DNA from: Eledone cirrhosa
Taxonomy: Eukaryota
DNA: 64,000 nt
Assembly: GCA_964016885.1 (NCBI GenBank)
Contig: OZ024760.1
Span: forward strand, 7,812,001-7,876,000
Direction: 5' to 3'
Below the pieces are notes generated by a model. It was not told where the DNA came from, searched no databases, and was given only the letters and a program-made list of their open reading frames with translations. Position 1 is the first letter of the stretch, and every line of letters starts with the position of its first letter. A program made the translations under genes and the position numbers. This document shows, piece after piece, positions 51,700 through 64,000 of the stretch.

Positions 51700-51777
51700 G
51701 TCGTGTCTCATTTATTTGCTATTGATGATGGTGGATTAAAATCCACCATCATCAATAGCAAATAAATGAGATACGAC
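51700..51777. repeat. Hairpin, arms about 37 bp
   Basis: gtcgtgtctcatttatttgctattgatgatggtggat-taaa-atccaccatcatcaatagcaaataaatgagatacgac. Confidence 0.9.
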
Positions 51778-52480
51778 TGATAAGATTGACCAATTTTCCG
51801 CGATATTTTCCATCTGGTGTCTCTCATGGTTTATTCTGTTGTATATAAGATCTCCTCTGTCAACGACTTCACTTGAACAGGATATGGCGATAAGTCGGAT
51901 TGAATCAAATAGATATTTCACCACAACGGAGTATGTATTGTTGACGTAGGGTCACACACATACACACACACACACACTTACTTACACACCTACACACACA
52001 CACAGTTACACACCCACTCATACAAACACACACACTCTCTCTCACACACATTTATATATATAGAAACAATTATATATATTTATAGAAGCGTGTGGTTTTT
52101 ACAACACTAATAACAGGATACACACATACACACACATATATATATATACACACATATATACGCAAACACATACGCTCTCTCGCGCACACACATACATATA
52201 TATTTATAGAAACAATTGTTTTTACATCAATAAGCGGAAGCATACACTCACAGGCACACATATATACACACAGACAGACAGATACACGCACACTCGCTCA
52301 AACACTCACTCACACTCACTCACACACTCACACACACATATATATATATGATTCCGGTTATTGTAGAAAATTGCTTCTATAAATGTGTGTGTGTGTATAT
52401 GTGTGTGTGTATGTATGTCTGTTTGTGTGTGTGCGTGCGTGGTGATTATTTGTCTATGACATTGTGTGTCTATGACATTG

Positions 52481-52600
52481 CTGATGATTTCCTACTAATG
52501 AAACAGTTCTAGTCCTGCAGAAGTAATTTCTATTGAAAATGAAGACACCTGTACTCTACCAACATATTGAGTATATTTTTCAACCATGGTTATTTCCCAT
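52481..52600 (+). mobile_element. Family A pLTR remnant, hammerhead with a mutated cleavage site
   Basis: CTGATGA-TTTCCTACTAAT-GAAACAG-TTCTAGTC-CTGCA. Confidence 0.6.
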
Positions 52601-52607
52601 TCACCAC

Positions 52608-52660
<53 letters not shown>

Positions 52661-52989
52661 AATTAAAATACTAGAGTGTGTTGGAGCTAAACACCCTCTT
52701 CATATTATAGAAATGACAGTATAAGATATAGCTCAATGTAATTAAACAGAGCCGAAGAATTATAAAAAATAAACCAAAGAAGCCTTCAATACATCAAAAG
52801 TCTTAATTATATATATATATATATATATGTATAATATAGTATTGGTGCTCTGAAATAGCGATATATACATGAATGTATGTATAGTATATTTGGCAATATA
52901 GCGTATGCTTAATTAAAAACATTTAGAAGACCATACGCTATCATTTTCAAAGTGGTTACTATGTCACCTTACTTCTTTTCGACAAAAGA

Positions 52990-53880
52990 AGGGAGAGAAG
53001 CTGACAGTCTGTTTCAGCTGTGCTGTTTTCTGACATTGTAGGCATGCCCAAGTGTGTTAGACACATGGAAATCAAAAAGGTACTCAGGGCTGTTGTTGGC
53101 AAGAAGGTTAATAATTTTGTGGGTGTTTACCAAGTCAGTTGCCAGACGTCGTAGCTTCAATGTATCCCTGCCCAGGAAAGCAAGGTGTTCAGTGTATGAT
53201 AGATGCCTGATGGAGGGTATTCGCTTGGTTGCATGTTACTGAACAGTTTCCAGGCAGTCAATGTTCTGAGCAAGATAGGAGTTCCAGACTGGTGATGCAA
53301 ATTCTAAGTGTGGCCGCACCATAGCCATATAGAGCTTTAAATAGAGAGCTGGAGAGTGGCTAACAAAGGTCTTGCTAAGACACCCTGGGCCTTCTTGACA
53401 ATTTTAGAGACACTTTGTCCAACGCAAATCGCTGCTGATAGTAATGCCCAGGTCACATTCACAAGAAGACTTCTTGATATTAGTGTTGTGGAGGGAGTAT
53501 GTGGACGCTGGGTTTTTACTGCCAAAATGCATGGTGGTACACTTGTCCACAGCCAACTTGAGAGTCCGTGATCCATTGTTGCATTGTGTCCAGGTCAGAT
53601 TGCAGGAAAGCTCTATAGTGTTCAGGATCTGTCCTTTTTATCTCAAGGTACAGCTTGATGTCATCTGCACATTTCATTACTGTGGCATTCTTTAAGTTGG
53701 CATCTATGACATTAATATATGCGACAAAGAAAAGAGGGCTAAGAACAGATCCCTGTGATACACCAGATGACATCTCATATGGTGAGGAATGCTGTCCTAG
53801 AACCGTGACTACCTCTCTTCGACTGAGAAGAAGGACTTCAACCAGTTAAAAAGATCATCCTTCACACCCATTGCAGAGAG
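52990..53880 (-). mobile_element. CR1-clade LINE RT fragment, degraded
   Basis: SGVSQGSVLSPLFFVAYIN..CADDIKLY..VRPHLEFASPVWN. Confidence 0.85.
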
Positions 53881-54377
53881 TTTAGGCACAAGGCCAGTAA
53901 TTTTTTTTTGGGGTGGGTGGGTGGGGGGGGGGGAGTCAATTAAATCGACCCCAGTACATTACTGATGCTTTATTTTATTAGCCTCGTAAGGATGAAAGGC
54001 AAAGTTAACCTCGGCGGGATTTGAACTCAAAACGTAAAGGACCATAACTCTTGCTGCAAAGCATGGTGCCCGACTCTCTACCGATACTGCCAATCCACCA
54101 CCCTTACCTGGTATTTAATATTATTAATATCTTTTATTTTTCTTTCAGCCTAATATTTCGGGACTTAAAATTCCTTTCCTTAGAGTAAGTGGAACTCTCA
54201 GAGCAAAACATTCCGGCCTTATCGCTTTGAAATTAGATATATAATATGATTTTACAGATCCATGTGATACTAAAACGCATAATGGCATAAAATATTTTCT
54301 TGACCCGTCCACTCACAGATTTGCTCAATAATAGCAAGGGTGATTTCTGAAATAAGAGTTCACTCTTATTTCAGAAA

Positions 54378-54422
<45 letters not shown>

Positions 54423-54426
<4 letters not shown>

Positions 54427-54560
54427 CTGATGATTTCTAAAGAATGAAACAGTTCTAGTCCTGTAGAATCTCATCTATATTAAAACTTTTATACTCTGCA
54501 ATGTATTGAGTACCTTACTTACTGTATATATATATATGCAATGTATTGAGTACCTTACTT
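54423..54560 (+). mobile_element. Family A pLTR remnant with an intact hammerhead motif at 54423-54469
   Basis: ATTC-CTGATGA-TTTCTAAAGAAT-GAAACAG-TTCTAGTC-CTGTA^GAAT. Confidence 0.7.
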
Positions 54561-54677
54561 ACTTATATAATTTTTACTTATTCCTAATTAAACTATTTTT
54601 CACTGGGAACAATTTGTCAGCATTTTCTTTACCTTTTATCAATATATACATGCATATATATATATATGTATATATAT

Positions 54678-55246
54678 GTCAGGTCACCAGTTGGTGCTAC
54701 TGGTAACATGTATCCCAGTACAACCTGTCCCATGGTCGGGTCGTTGGCGACTAAACTGGCAACCCTACCAAGGTTTCTTGGTGAGGAGGGTGACTTTGGA
54801 CATCCTGCAGGACGAAAATCAAAACCTGTCAAAGGGCAAAGGAGCTCTTAAGAGTCAATGGCCATCCAAAAATCACCGGGAGAGATGACCCCTTAGCCTT
54901 TGTCAAGGCAGAATTCTAGGAGAAGGAAAACTCTGATATAACACCTGCAACTCTGATGGTATCCAATGATGTTGACTTGTTCTTCTTTTTGGTAAATATC
55001 ATCTTGGTTAAGAGAGTGGGATTGGCTTTGTGCAGTGCCTTTGCTCACTATAAAAACTTCACGGCACAGGCATTGCTTTGTATCTGGAGATCTCTCTGCA
55101 CTTGTCGTCACATGGTACCATGGGCCCAGCACTATGTGTCAATAATTGTCACAGGTGTAGTGTTTGTACCAGAGTTTTCAAGTCGCTGGCTGGGCTAAAA
55201 GATATAAAGTAGTGACCGTACTCGAAAACGAGTTGGCAGCCACCAT
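54678..55246 (+). mobile_element. Repeat resembling an RTE-type 5'UTR (longer copy)
   Basis: Homologous to 31665-32255. Confidence 0.6.
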
Positions 55247-55247
55247 G

Positions 55248-55301
<54 letters not shown>

Positions 55302-55918
55302 AATGTGTGTGTGTATAACATACCATGTGTCGGTCAAATATATGCAGAGTAGATATAGAATGAGGGCGATCAGTAAGAGAGGTGTCATCGTTCTTGACCC
55401 AGTCACTATACCGGAAAGATAGACAGCCAAATAACCAGTTTTGACTCAAAATCTTATCAGAAGAAGTAACTTAATCTTCTCTCTAATTAGCAAGTTGTTT
55501 TGTTGTAAGAGCTTTTCACTGTTCCAAGCAATCAACTTAGATAAGATCTCTCTGCCCCCACCTCTCTCTCTCTCTTTATAAATATATATATATATACATA
55601 TATATATATATCATATTTAAAAAAATATATATATACATATATATGTTATGTATATATATAAATAAATATATACACACACATACACACACATTTATATATA
55701 GGACCAGGCTACTGGTTCCTGCTTTTGCATTAACATCAACAGCACAAAGAAAATTCTACATAATTACAACAGCCAGCCATGTGGTCACACACACACACAC
55801 ACACATGTATATACACGCAAAATATATTTACAGGTTTGGGCTTGTGTGGGTGTATATTGTGCAACATGATTAAATATTTATATGCATGTGTGTGCATACA
55901 CACACACACTCACATATA

Positions 55919-56171
55919 TCTATATATGCAAAAACCAAAATGTCTGTCTGTATGCAGGCGATGCGTTTCCATAGTTTCTATCCGATTTTGTTCAAATTTG
56001 ACACATAAGTTATTTAGCTCCCAGAGCATGTAAACATATAGTTTAAATGTTGCTCTTCTCTAAAACAACAGAGTTCTGGGGCCACTTAGAGATGGCCATG
56101 TTGATGAGAGAGGGTTTTTTTTATTTACAGTGGTGAAAGGTATGCCCAGTAACGACAGGCTCTTTTGCTAG
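55919..56171 (+). mobile_element. Non-autonomous Helitron
   Basis: 5' TCTATATAT, subterminal hairpin gcccagtaacgacaggc, 3' CTAG, inserted between A and T. Confidence 0.7.
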
Positions 56172-56229
56172 TATAAAATAAATTAATTTTGTCTAGGGCT
56201 CTAGACAAGCTAAAATTAAATATTAAGAT

Positions 56230-56672
56230 AGTTGAACGATCAGGTATTCTCATAAAACCTTAATTAGTAAAACATATCTGTTTCAAAGAACCCCTAGCAC
56301 TGATAGGAAATGTATAGCCTGCAGGTTAAGCCCACAAACTAACTGCAAAACTAGAAACGTTGTATATAGCATAAGATGTACCGAGGAACAGTGTAGGAAT
56401 AAGAACATAACATACATAGGTGTAACAGCATAGGAGGAAGAATAAATGAACACTGGCAAGAACTCTAAGATGGGAAAAACTCATATGTACTCCACCAACA
56501 TGCCAAAATAGAACATAAGGGTACATTAGAGAACTTAGAAATAAAAATTATATCCAGACGCAGAAAAGATGCAATGCTCAGACAAATTACAGAGGCGACA
56601 AACATAAACGAACTCCAAGCAAAATTTAACAGAAAAAATGAGTGGAATAGCAACATCAGAACTAGTAATTAA
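56230..56672 (+). mobile_element. Penelope-like GIY-YIG endonuclease fragment, degraded
   Basis: CIAC..NCKTRNVVYSIRC..YIGVT..RINEH..LHQHAKIEH..RQITEATNI..FNRKNEW, with stops and a frameshift. Confidence 0.75.
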
Positions 56673-56749
56673 GGTCAAAATGAAGACATACAGAGACACA
56701 CAAAAACCAAACTAATAAAACAAATCAGATGCACACATATAGAACAACC

Positions 56750-57600
56750 ATGGTGATGGCAATGGTGTTGGTGTTGGTGATGGTCTTAGTGTTGTTGATG
56801 GTGTTGGTGTTGATGGTGGTGGTGTTGGTGATGGTGAGGGTGGTGGTGGTGATGGTGGTGGTGTTGGTGATGGTGAGGGTGGGGGGGTGTTGGTGATGGC
56901 AATGGTGTTGGTGTTGGTGATGGTCTTAGTGTTGTTGATGGTGTTGGTGTTGATGGTGGTGGTGTTGATGATGGTGATAGTGGTGGTGTTGGTGGTGGTG
57001 TTGGTGATGGTGATGTTGTTGGTGGTGGTGTTGGTGATGGTGGGTGTTGGTGATGGTGTTGGTGATGGTAGGTGTTGGTGATGGTGATGGTGTTGGTGAT
57101 GGTGGTGATGGTGTTGGTAGTGATGGTGATGGTGGGTGTTGGTGGTGGTGTTGGTGGTGGTGTTGGTGTTGGTGATGGTGATGGTGATGGTGATGGTGTT
57201 GGTGGTGCTGGTGATGTTGTTGGTGGTGGTGTTGGTGATGGTAGGTGTTGGTGATGGTGATGGTGTTGGTGATGATGGTGATGGTGTTGGTAGTGATGAT
57301 GATGGTGGGTGTTGGTGGTGGTGTTGGTGGTGGTGTTGGTGTTGGTGGTGAGGTGATGTTGTTGGTGATGATGGTGATGGTGTTGGTGATGGTGGTGGTG
57401 TTGGTGGTGGTGTTGGTGTTGGTGTTGGTGTTGGTGATGGTGATGGTGATGGTGATGGTGTTGGTGTTGGTAGTGATGGTGATGGTGGGTGTTGGTGATG
57501 GTGATGGTGATGGTGATAGTGGTGGTGTTGGTGGTGGTAGTGATGGTGTTGGTGATGGTGATGGTGGTGGTGTTGGTGGTGGTGGTGATGGTGGGTGTTG
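56750..57600. repeat. Degenerate (GGT/GAT/GTT)n microsatellite
   Basis: Direct reading. Confidence 0.95.
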
Positions 57601-57688
57601 GTATGGTTGTTACTGCAATTAGACATGATCATAGAAGTCAAATCCCATATAGTTCTGGTCATTTGTTGAATAAAATGTTTGATTTTCT

Positions 57689-57766
<78 letters not shown>

Positions 57767-57899
57767 TAACAATACCGGACCTAGAATGAGTCAAATGTGT
57801 TTAATTCAACTGAAAACGTTAAGAGACATCATTTTTAAAGTGTCCTGTACACCTACACTCCCCTTATTGAGGACAGCGTTGTAGGCATACACACATCCA

Positions 57900-58850
<951 letters not shown>

Positions 58851-59752
58851 AAAGAAAGAAGGAATTCAGTTGCACCATTCACGACGAGAACACATATTTG
58901 AAATACAGTGAACAAACACTTGGGGTAAGTTCCGTCTTCCATAGACCCTGCTAATAATGTCGAAGCCTCTTCTGAATTTCCATTTAATGTTACTTCCAAA
59001 TAACATTTTAGAATCCCTTCCTGTTTCCAAATTATCTTTCAGTTTGTTTCAAAGATGGTAAATGATTTATCTCATGTTAGATTTTAAAGTTGTTTTTCAA
59101 TGGATTTTGAAAACCCCTGCTTTTTATAACCCTTTATAATACCAGTTTCCCCATTATAAAACTGGTGGCATTTTTTTACCAATTTTTTTTCCCCCATTTT
59201 TTGGTATGTGCTGACCATTCACTACTTAAGGGGTAGAAGTGCAGTAGGCGATGTGTTAAAAGTATTGAAGGGGTTGATAGAGTAAAAATACACACACATG
59301 TACACCGGGACCGAACACAGAAGACCCCAGAACTCCCACTGTCATTGCCTCTGTTTCTCACCCTCCCCATCTTTCACTTATGAGAAAATGGGGTCCCACA
59401 TGCTGGCTGACCCATGGCCACATGGTTTATTGGAAGCAGACTCTGGGGTCTCACATGCTGGCCAACCTACGACCCCACGGTTAATTGGAAGCAGAGTCGT
59501 TAGAAGGTCGTATGGAATACTTTGCAGTATTTGTTCCCAGTCTCTATGGTTTCTGAGTTTAAATCCTGCCTAGATCATCTTTGCCTTTCATTCTTTCGAG
59601 GTCGATAAAAAAGTACCAGTTAGATACTAGGGCAGATTTTTCCTCTATATATCTTTCTCACTTTCTCTTTATTACTCTCTTTCTCTCTCCTTCTCTGGAA
59701 GAAACGCCATATGTCACTACAGTGTGCCTACGTCTCCACCAGGAGTTACGGA

Positions 59753-59792
<40 letters not shown>

Positions 59793-59795
<3 letters not shown>

Positions 59796-60220
59796 GAGGG
59801 GGGATAACAAAAGTTCGCGGAATTTTATTGTAGCAAGAAAAAAATCATGTTAAAACAATATTAAACATGTCAGAACATTGTCACTGGGTGTTTACCTTGC
59901 TATTAGTCACTTGCGGTCAGTCATGCACGGACTATTGTACAGTACTGACACTCTTTAAAAAACCTATTTTTGGAACAATGGAAAATAGTTATTTTGAGAT
60001 AAGATCAAATATCAAGTTTCTGGTGAAACTCAAATGGAAAGGGACACAGATTATGGAGGCTTTAGTTAAAGTTTACGGTACTACTGCTCCAAAGAAAACT
60101 GCTGTCTACAAGTGGATTCAGCGATTCAAACAAGGGAAAGACGACCTTGAAGACGACCATCGCAGTTGAAGACCAACAGTTCCACAGCGACTGAAACTGT
60201 GTCAGTGACCAGGTCGTAAA
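59793..60220 (+). mobile_element. mariner (irritans/Hsmar2-like) 5' end: TIR and transposase N-terminus, with a premature stop
   Basis: TA-CGAGGGGGGATAACAAAAGTTC TIR. ATG at 59978: MENSYFEIRSNIKFLVKLKWKGTQIMEALVKVYGTTAPKKTAVYKWIQRFKQGKDDLEDDHRS*RPT. Confidence 0.85.
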
Positions 60221-60353
60221 TAGTGTGATGAAAATTTTGACATAAAAAAAATAAGGATGAATAAATGATAAATGCAAAATAAGGTTAACATTTTTTGTGT
60301 GTTTTTGAATGGCTAAGATAACTGTTGTGTGCTGTAATTGCTTTATATATATT

Positions 60354-60492
60354 CAAGCAGAATGGCCCGGCGTTGCTCGGGATTTGCTCTAGGGTTCTTA
60401 TATATTTGATATATATTTATCCTTATCAGGCCTCGTGAAATAAATACGTTTGTTTATATTTTGTTATTGTGTATGCAAAAATATCTGTACAC

Positions 60493-60568
<76 letters not shown>

Positions 60569-61024
60569 CAGATTAAAGTTTAAACAAAGAATCGCTGCTT
60601 TCACCCTTAACGGGATCTTCTGAAACTAAAAAAAATCAATCTGTGAACGCAGAAGTAAATATTTCGAAAAACGTTACACACTATATATATATATATACAC
60701 ATACTATATATACATATATACACACACACACAGCGTCATAATGTCGTAATGCAGACAGCCAGACATACAGACATATATTATAAGGGCGCAACGTTATATC
60801 TATGTATCTATCTAAAAAGAAAGACTAAGAATTATAGAGAGAGATCGCTAAATCGTCTAATGCGGTCCCTAGGGCATTGGAAATTTGAAATTTTTATTCT
60901 CAAAACACTCACAGGACCATAAGTATTACATGTGTAAAGTTTGAAAACAATCGGTTCGGTGATTCTCGAGTTTTAGGGAGCTGACAGACAGACAGATAGA
61001 CATTCTCTGTTTTAGATATATAGA
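60354..61024 (-). mobile_element. Non-autonomous Helitron interrupted by TA tracts and a solo pLTR fragment
   Basis: Minus 5' TCTATATATCTAAAAC. 3' hairpin cccgagcaacgccggg followed by CTTG. Confidence 0.6.
60577..60627 (-). ncRNA. Variant hammerhead motif (family C) in the solo pLTR fragment 60567-60680
   Basis: AGTTT-CAGAAGA-T-CCC(GTTAA)GGG-T-GAAA-GCAG..TTGT-TT^-AAACT. Confidence 0.55.
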
Positions 61025-61065
61025 TATATATATATTCTGTCTCTCTCCCTATATACTGTATATAT

Positions 61066-61400
61066 CTAAGGCGGGTAAAATTCCCGAGATCCATGGACGA
61101 GTTCTCTCCAGCGGTCTCTGTCCCTCATTATCGCTGCCATGTCCTGCGTCTCCAACAGACCAGTGTCTGTCCTTAGGGCATCAACATACGTTAACCTTGG
61201 TCTTCCACTTCTAGTGTGTCCATGTAGGGGCTCCCACAGGAGCACTGAGTGCAATGTCAACTCTGGATGTCGGTGAGCATGTCCAGCTAACCTCAATCTC
61301 CTCTGTGTCACTTTTGAGCTGACTTTTGGGATGCTCCCATACAGCTCTGAGTTTTTCATCCTCAGTGTATACTGATTAATGTTCAGAGCCATCCTCAGCA
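61066..61400 (-). mobile_element. RTE-X/RTE-like LINE 3' fragment
   Basis: ORF 61066-61401 contains QRRLRLAGHAHRH. Confidence 0.8.
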
Positions 61401-61442
61401 TATATATGTAAGAATATTTTCGAAACAGCGAGTTGGTTTGAA

Positions 61443-61678
61443 ATTATTAGAAATGTAAGCTATCGCCGTATTTTGACTAAAGAAATTAAAGAAATTATTT
61501 AGCCTGATAGTGGGGTTAAGAACCCTCGGAGAAATGGAAAAAGATGAGTATTGACGTACATGTACGTCAATACTCATCTTTTCTTAACCCCACTATCAGG
61601 CTAAATAATTTCTTTAATTTCTTTAATTTCTTTAATTTCTTTAGTCAAAATACGGCGATAGCTTACATTTCTAATAAT
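61443..61678. repeat. Zero-spacer palindrome centred at 61560/61561, with asymmetric indels
   Basis: gatgagtattgacgtaca|tgtacgtcaatactcatc. The outer arms also pair. Confidence 0.9.
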
Positions 61679-61693
61679 AATAATAATAATAAT

Positions 61694-61725
<32 letters not shown>

Positions 61726-61726
61726 G

Positions 61727-61832
61727 GAAAGTTATATTTAAAATTGTTGGGTTACAACTAGTAAATATTTATAACTGATATAAAAGCACTCGACAAATAT
61801 TTGGAGTATATTTACAATATTTAATATTGTAT
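61727..61832. mobile_element. Collapsed copy of the family D element, without the palindrome
   Basis: Matches 11459-11552 joined directly to 11926-11935. Confidence 0.85.
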
Positions 61833-61861
61833 ATATATATATATTTATTTATTTATTAAAA

Positions 61862-64000
61862 TAACAGATTAAAGTTTAAGCAAAGAATCGCTGCTTTCAC
61901 CCTTAACGGGATCTTCTACTAACAAACTCAATCTGTAAACGCAGAAGTGGATATTTCAAAAAACGTTGCAACCGGAGTAAGACAGGAAGACGATACTTTG
62001 GTTCGTGGAAACGTTCCCTGGCAAAGAACGGGAAAAAACGAATATAATACGTCATTAATAGGAGCGGTGAAAAACAATTACGCGCAAAGACTGAACCACG
62101 TTTATGGTATAAAAGAAGTCGTAGACTAATGTTCTCTTAGGTGGTTCATAGAGACGTTCTCTGGCAATGAACGGAAAAAACAAAGATAATACGTCATATG
62201 TGGAGCGTAGAGAACAATTGCATGCAAAGACAAAACCACGTAAATGGTATAGCTGAAGTCGTAGACTAAATTCTAACTAGGAAACCGAATGAATCTCCGC
62301 TACAGAGTTAAGAAAAGTAAATAAATACAATACAGAGGTAATAGAAATTAAATAAATGCATACACGCATGCAAATACGTACATACACAAGCATACGCAAA
62401 ACACTTGCCATAGGTATAAAAAACCACGCACATATAAATATGTGTGTGTGTGTGTGTGCGTGTATACAAATAAATAAATAATTAAATAAACGTAAATAAA
62501 TAAATAAATACGTAGCGCACACACATACCTACATGTAAATACACAAATGTTCGGAGACGTAAGTCAACCAAAACATGAAGTACACATATATACACACCCT
62601 ACATACGTACGAACCTGCATACTCACGCAGACGCAAAACTCCCGTATACACATAACCAAACCATATGTACCAGAATATATAGAAAATTTATACGCCATAA
62701 CATAATCAATCAAATATACGTATGAGAAAGTATACGTACCTTCACAAAACATACAGGTAATATATACTTACCTATGCAAAAAAGTAATGGTATAAATAAA
62801 ACATACTTAGCTACCACATCAAGACGTAAACTATCCGCGTATAGATCTTACTATCCGTTAGGGTATAATGTGGGGCTGTAATACAGGAAAGTTTTGTGCA
62901 ATTTATGTTTACAAGCCGAAATTGCCTCAGATTTTTTGTTTAAGATGTGGTCTGTGGCGTAGAGTATTTCCAGGGCCTCAGCGGCGCAGAGGTCACATGG
63001 TCTTTTATTTCCGTTATACGATCTAGCCCTAGCTAGGATCTCCCAGTGTAACTTAAATTGGGTGTGGTTGTCTTTTAGACTCCAGATACAAGGTGAAAGT
63101 GACGTCATATTCCTTCTTAGAGGGTAACGAAAAGAATGGGTATGCATGTAAAGACGCTGCTTGAATCTATTGGCGGTTAACCCTATGTAGGCCCTACGGG
63201 ACGTGGGTGTTTCAACCTTACATTTGTAGACAATGTTACTAGAGAGGCATTTCCCGGATAGGGGCAATCAACCCGATTCCTACAATTACAGTTAGTACTA
63301 ACTACAGGGTTGCACGTGTTCCTACGGCTAGGTAGTTTAGCTAAATTTGAAGCTGTGATGTTATGTGCAAGGTTAGGAGTCGTAGAGTAAGAAATTTTAA
63401 TAGTATTTCTATTGAAAATTTTACTATATTTATGTGTAGGGGGAAAATGCTTCGTAATAAGGGAAAGAAAGATCTTAGCTAATGGTGTGGCCACCTCCAT
63501 ATTATATGGTGGGTTATACCAACAAATGCGACGGGATCTATTTCTTCTAGGTCTATTTTCGTACTCTGTATATGCTACCTTATCGACAAATCTACTCCGA
63601 GCAAGAGCTTCATTGTAATAAGTGGAATGGTCGTTGAAAATATGCTCGTTAGTAGATAGACGGGAAAGCCTCAACGAAACGTTTCTTACCAGGTTCTTGG
63701 TTATGTTGGCAGGATGGTTGGAATGCTTACTTATGTAATTAAGCGTATCATTCGGCTTTCTATACGGGTAATACAACCCATTCGAAAAATTGAGGGTAAC
63801 GTCGAGGTAATTAACGACCGAGAGATTGGCCTCAACCTGTATAGAGAGGTTGAAGCCTTTAAAGAAGGCTGTGAGTTCTTTTCTGAACCAGTCGCAAGCG
63901 CGAGGTCCGCACTTAGTCATGGTCAAAAGACCATCATCACGGTACAAACCACCGCCCGCGTTGGGGAATTCGTCCTTGATAGAGAAAAGAAGGAAAAGGC
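61862..64000 (-). mobile_element. Penelope-like element: RT (YRDD) + Cys linker + C-terminal GIY-YIG, long 3' region with hammerhead pLTR; continues past the window end
   Basis: ORFs 63183-63947 and 62851-63267 (CNCR..CPLSGKC..IVYKC..YIGLT..CDLC) are joined by one frameshift near 63261. Family C hammerhead at about 61873-61922. Confidence 0.9.

Noticed and set aside
58860-59080. Possible mariner N-terminal remnant on minus (..RVYG..)
   Set aside because: Needs several frameshifts and no TIR was seen.

Overview
AT-rich, repeat-dense animal genomic DNA. The huge (TA)n tracts, (GAT)n-tailed RTE elements and tRNA-derived SINEs suggest an octopus-like cephalopod, which is an inference. Almost all ORFs in the supplied track are microsatellite artefacts. 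Hand-splicing gives one complete gene on the minus strand: CTU1/NCS6 (cytoplasmic tRNA 2-thiolation protein 1), with 15 short GT-AG coding exons over 10800-48970, 1218 nt and 405 aa. The last exon of a TMEM50/Vps68-family gene lies on the plus strand (3806-3851), tail-to-tail with CTU1. The rest is transposon debris (RTE, RTE-X, CR1, CRE, Penelope-like, mariner, hAT, piggyBac-like, Helitron, SINE) plus many minisatellites and fold-back palindromes. Highlights: (1) at least four families of Penelope-type pLTR remnants carry type I hammerhead ribozyme motifs with non-canonical cores, three of them sense-oriented inside CTU1 introns; (2) a perfect 189-bp-arm palindrome carries a hammerhead in each arm, and a second copy 50 kb away lacks the hairpin precisely; (3) a 2.9-kb array of a 35-bp unit is built from the 3' splice site of CTU1 exon 8; (4) CTU1 exon 13 is duplicated across a 200-N gap and may be a haplotype or assembly duplicate. 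All structures were read by eye and ribozyme activity is untested.
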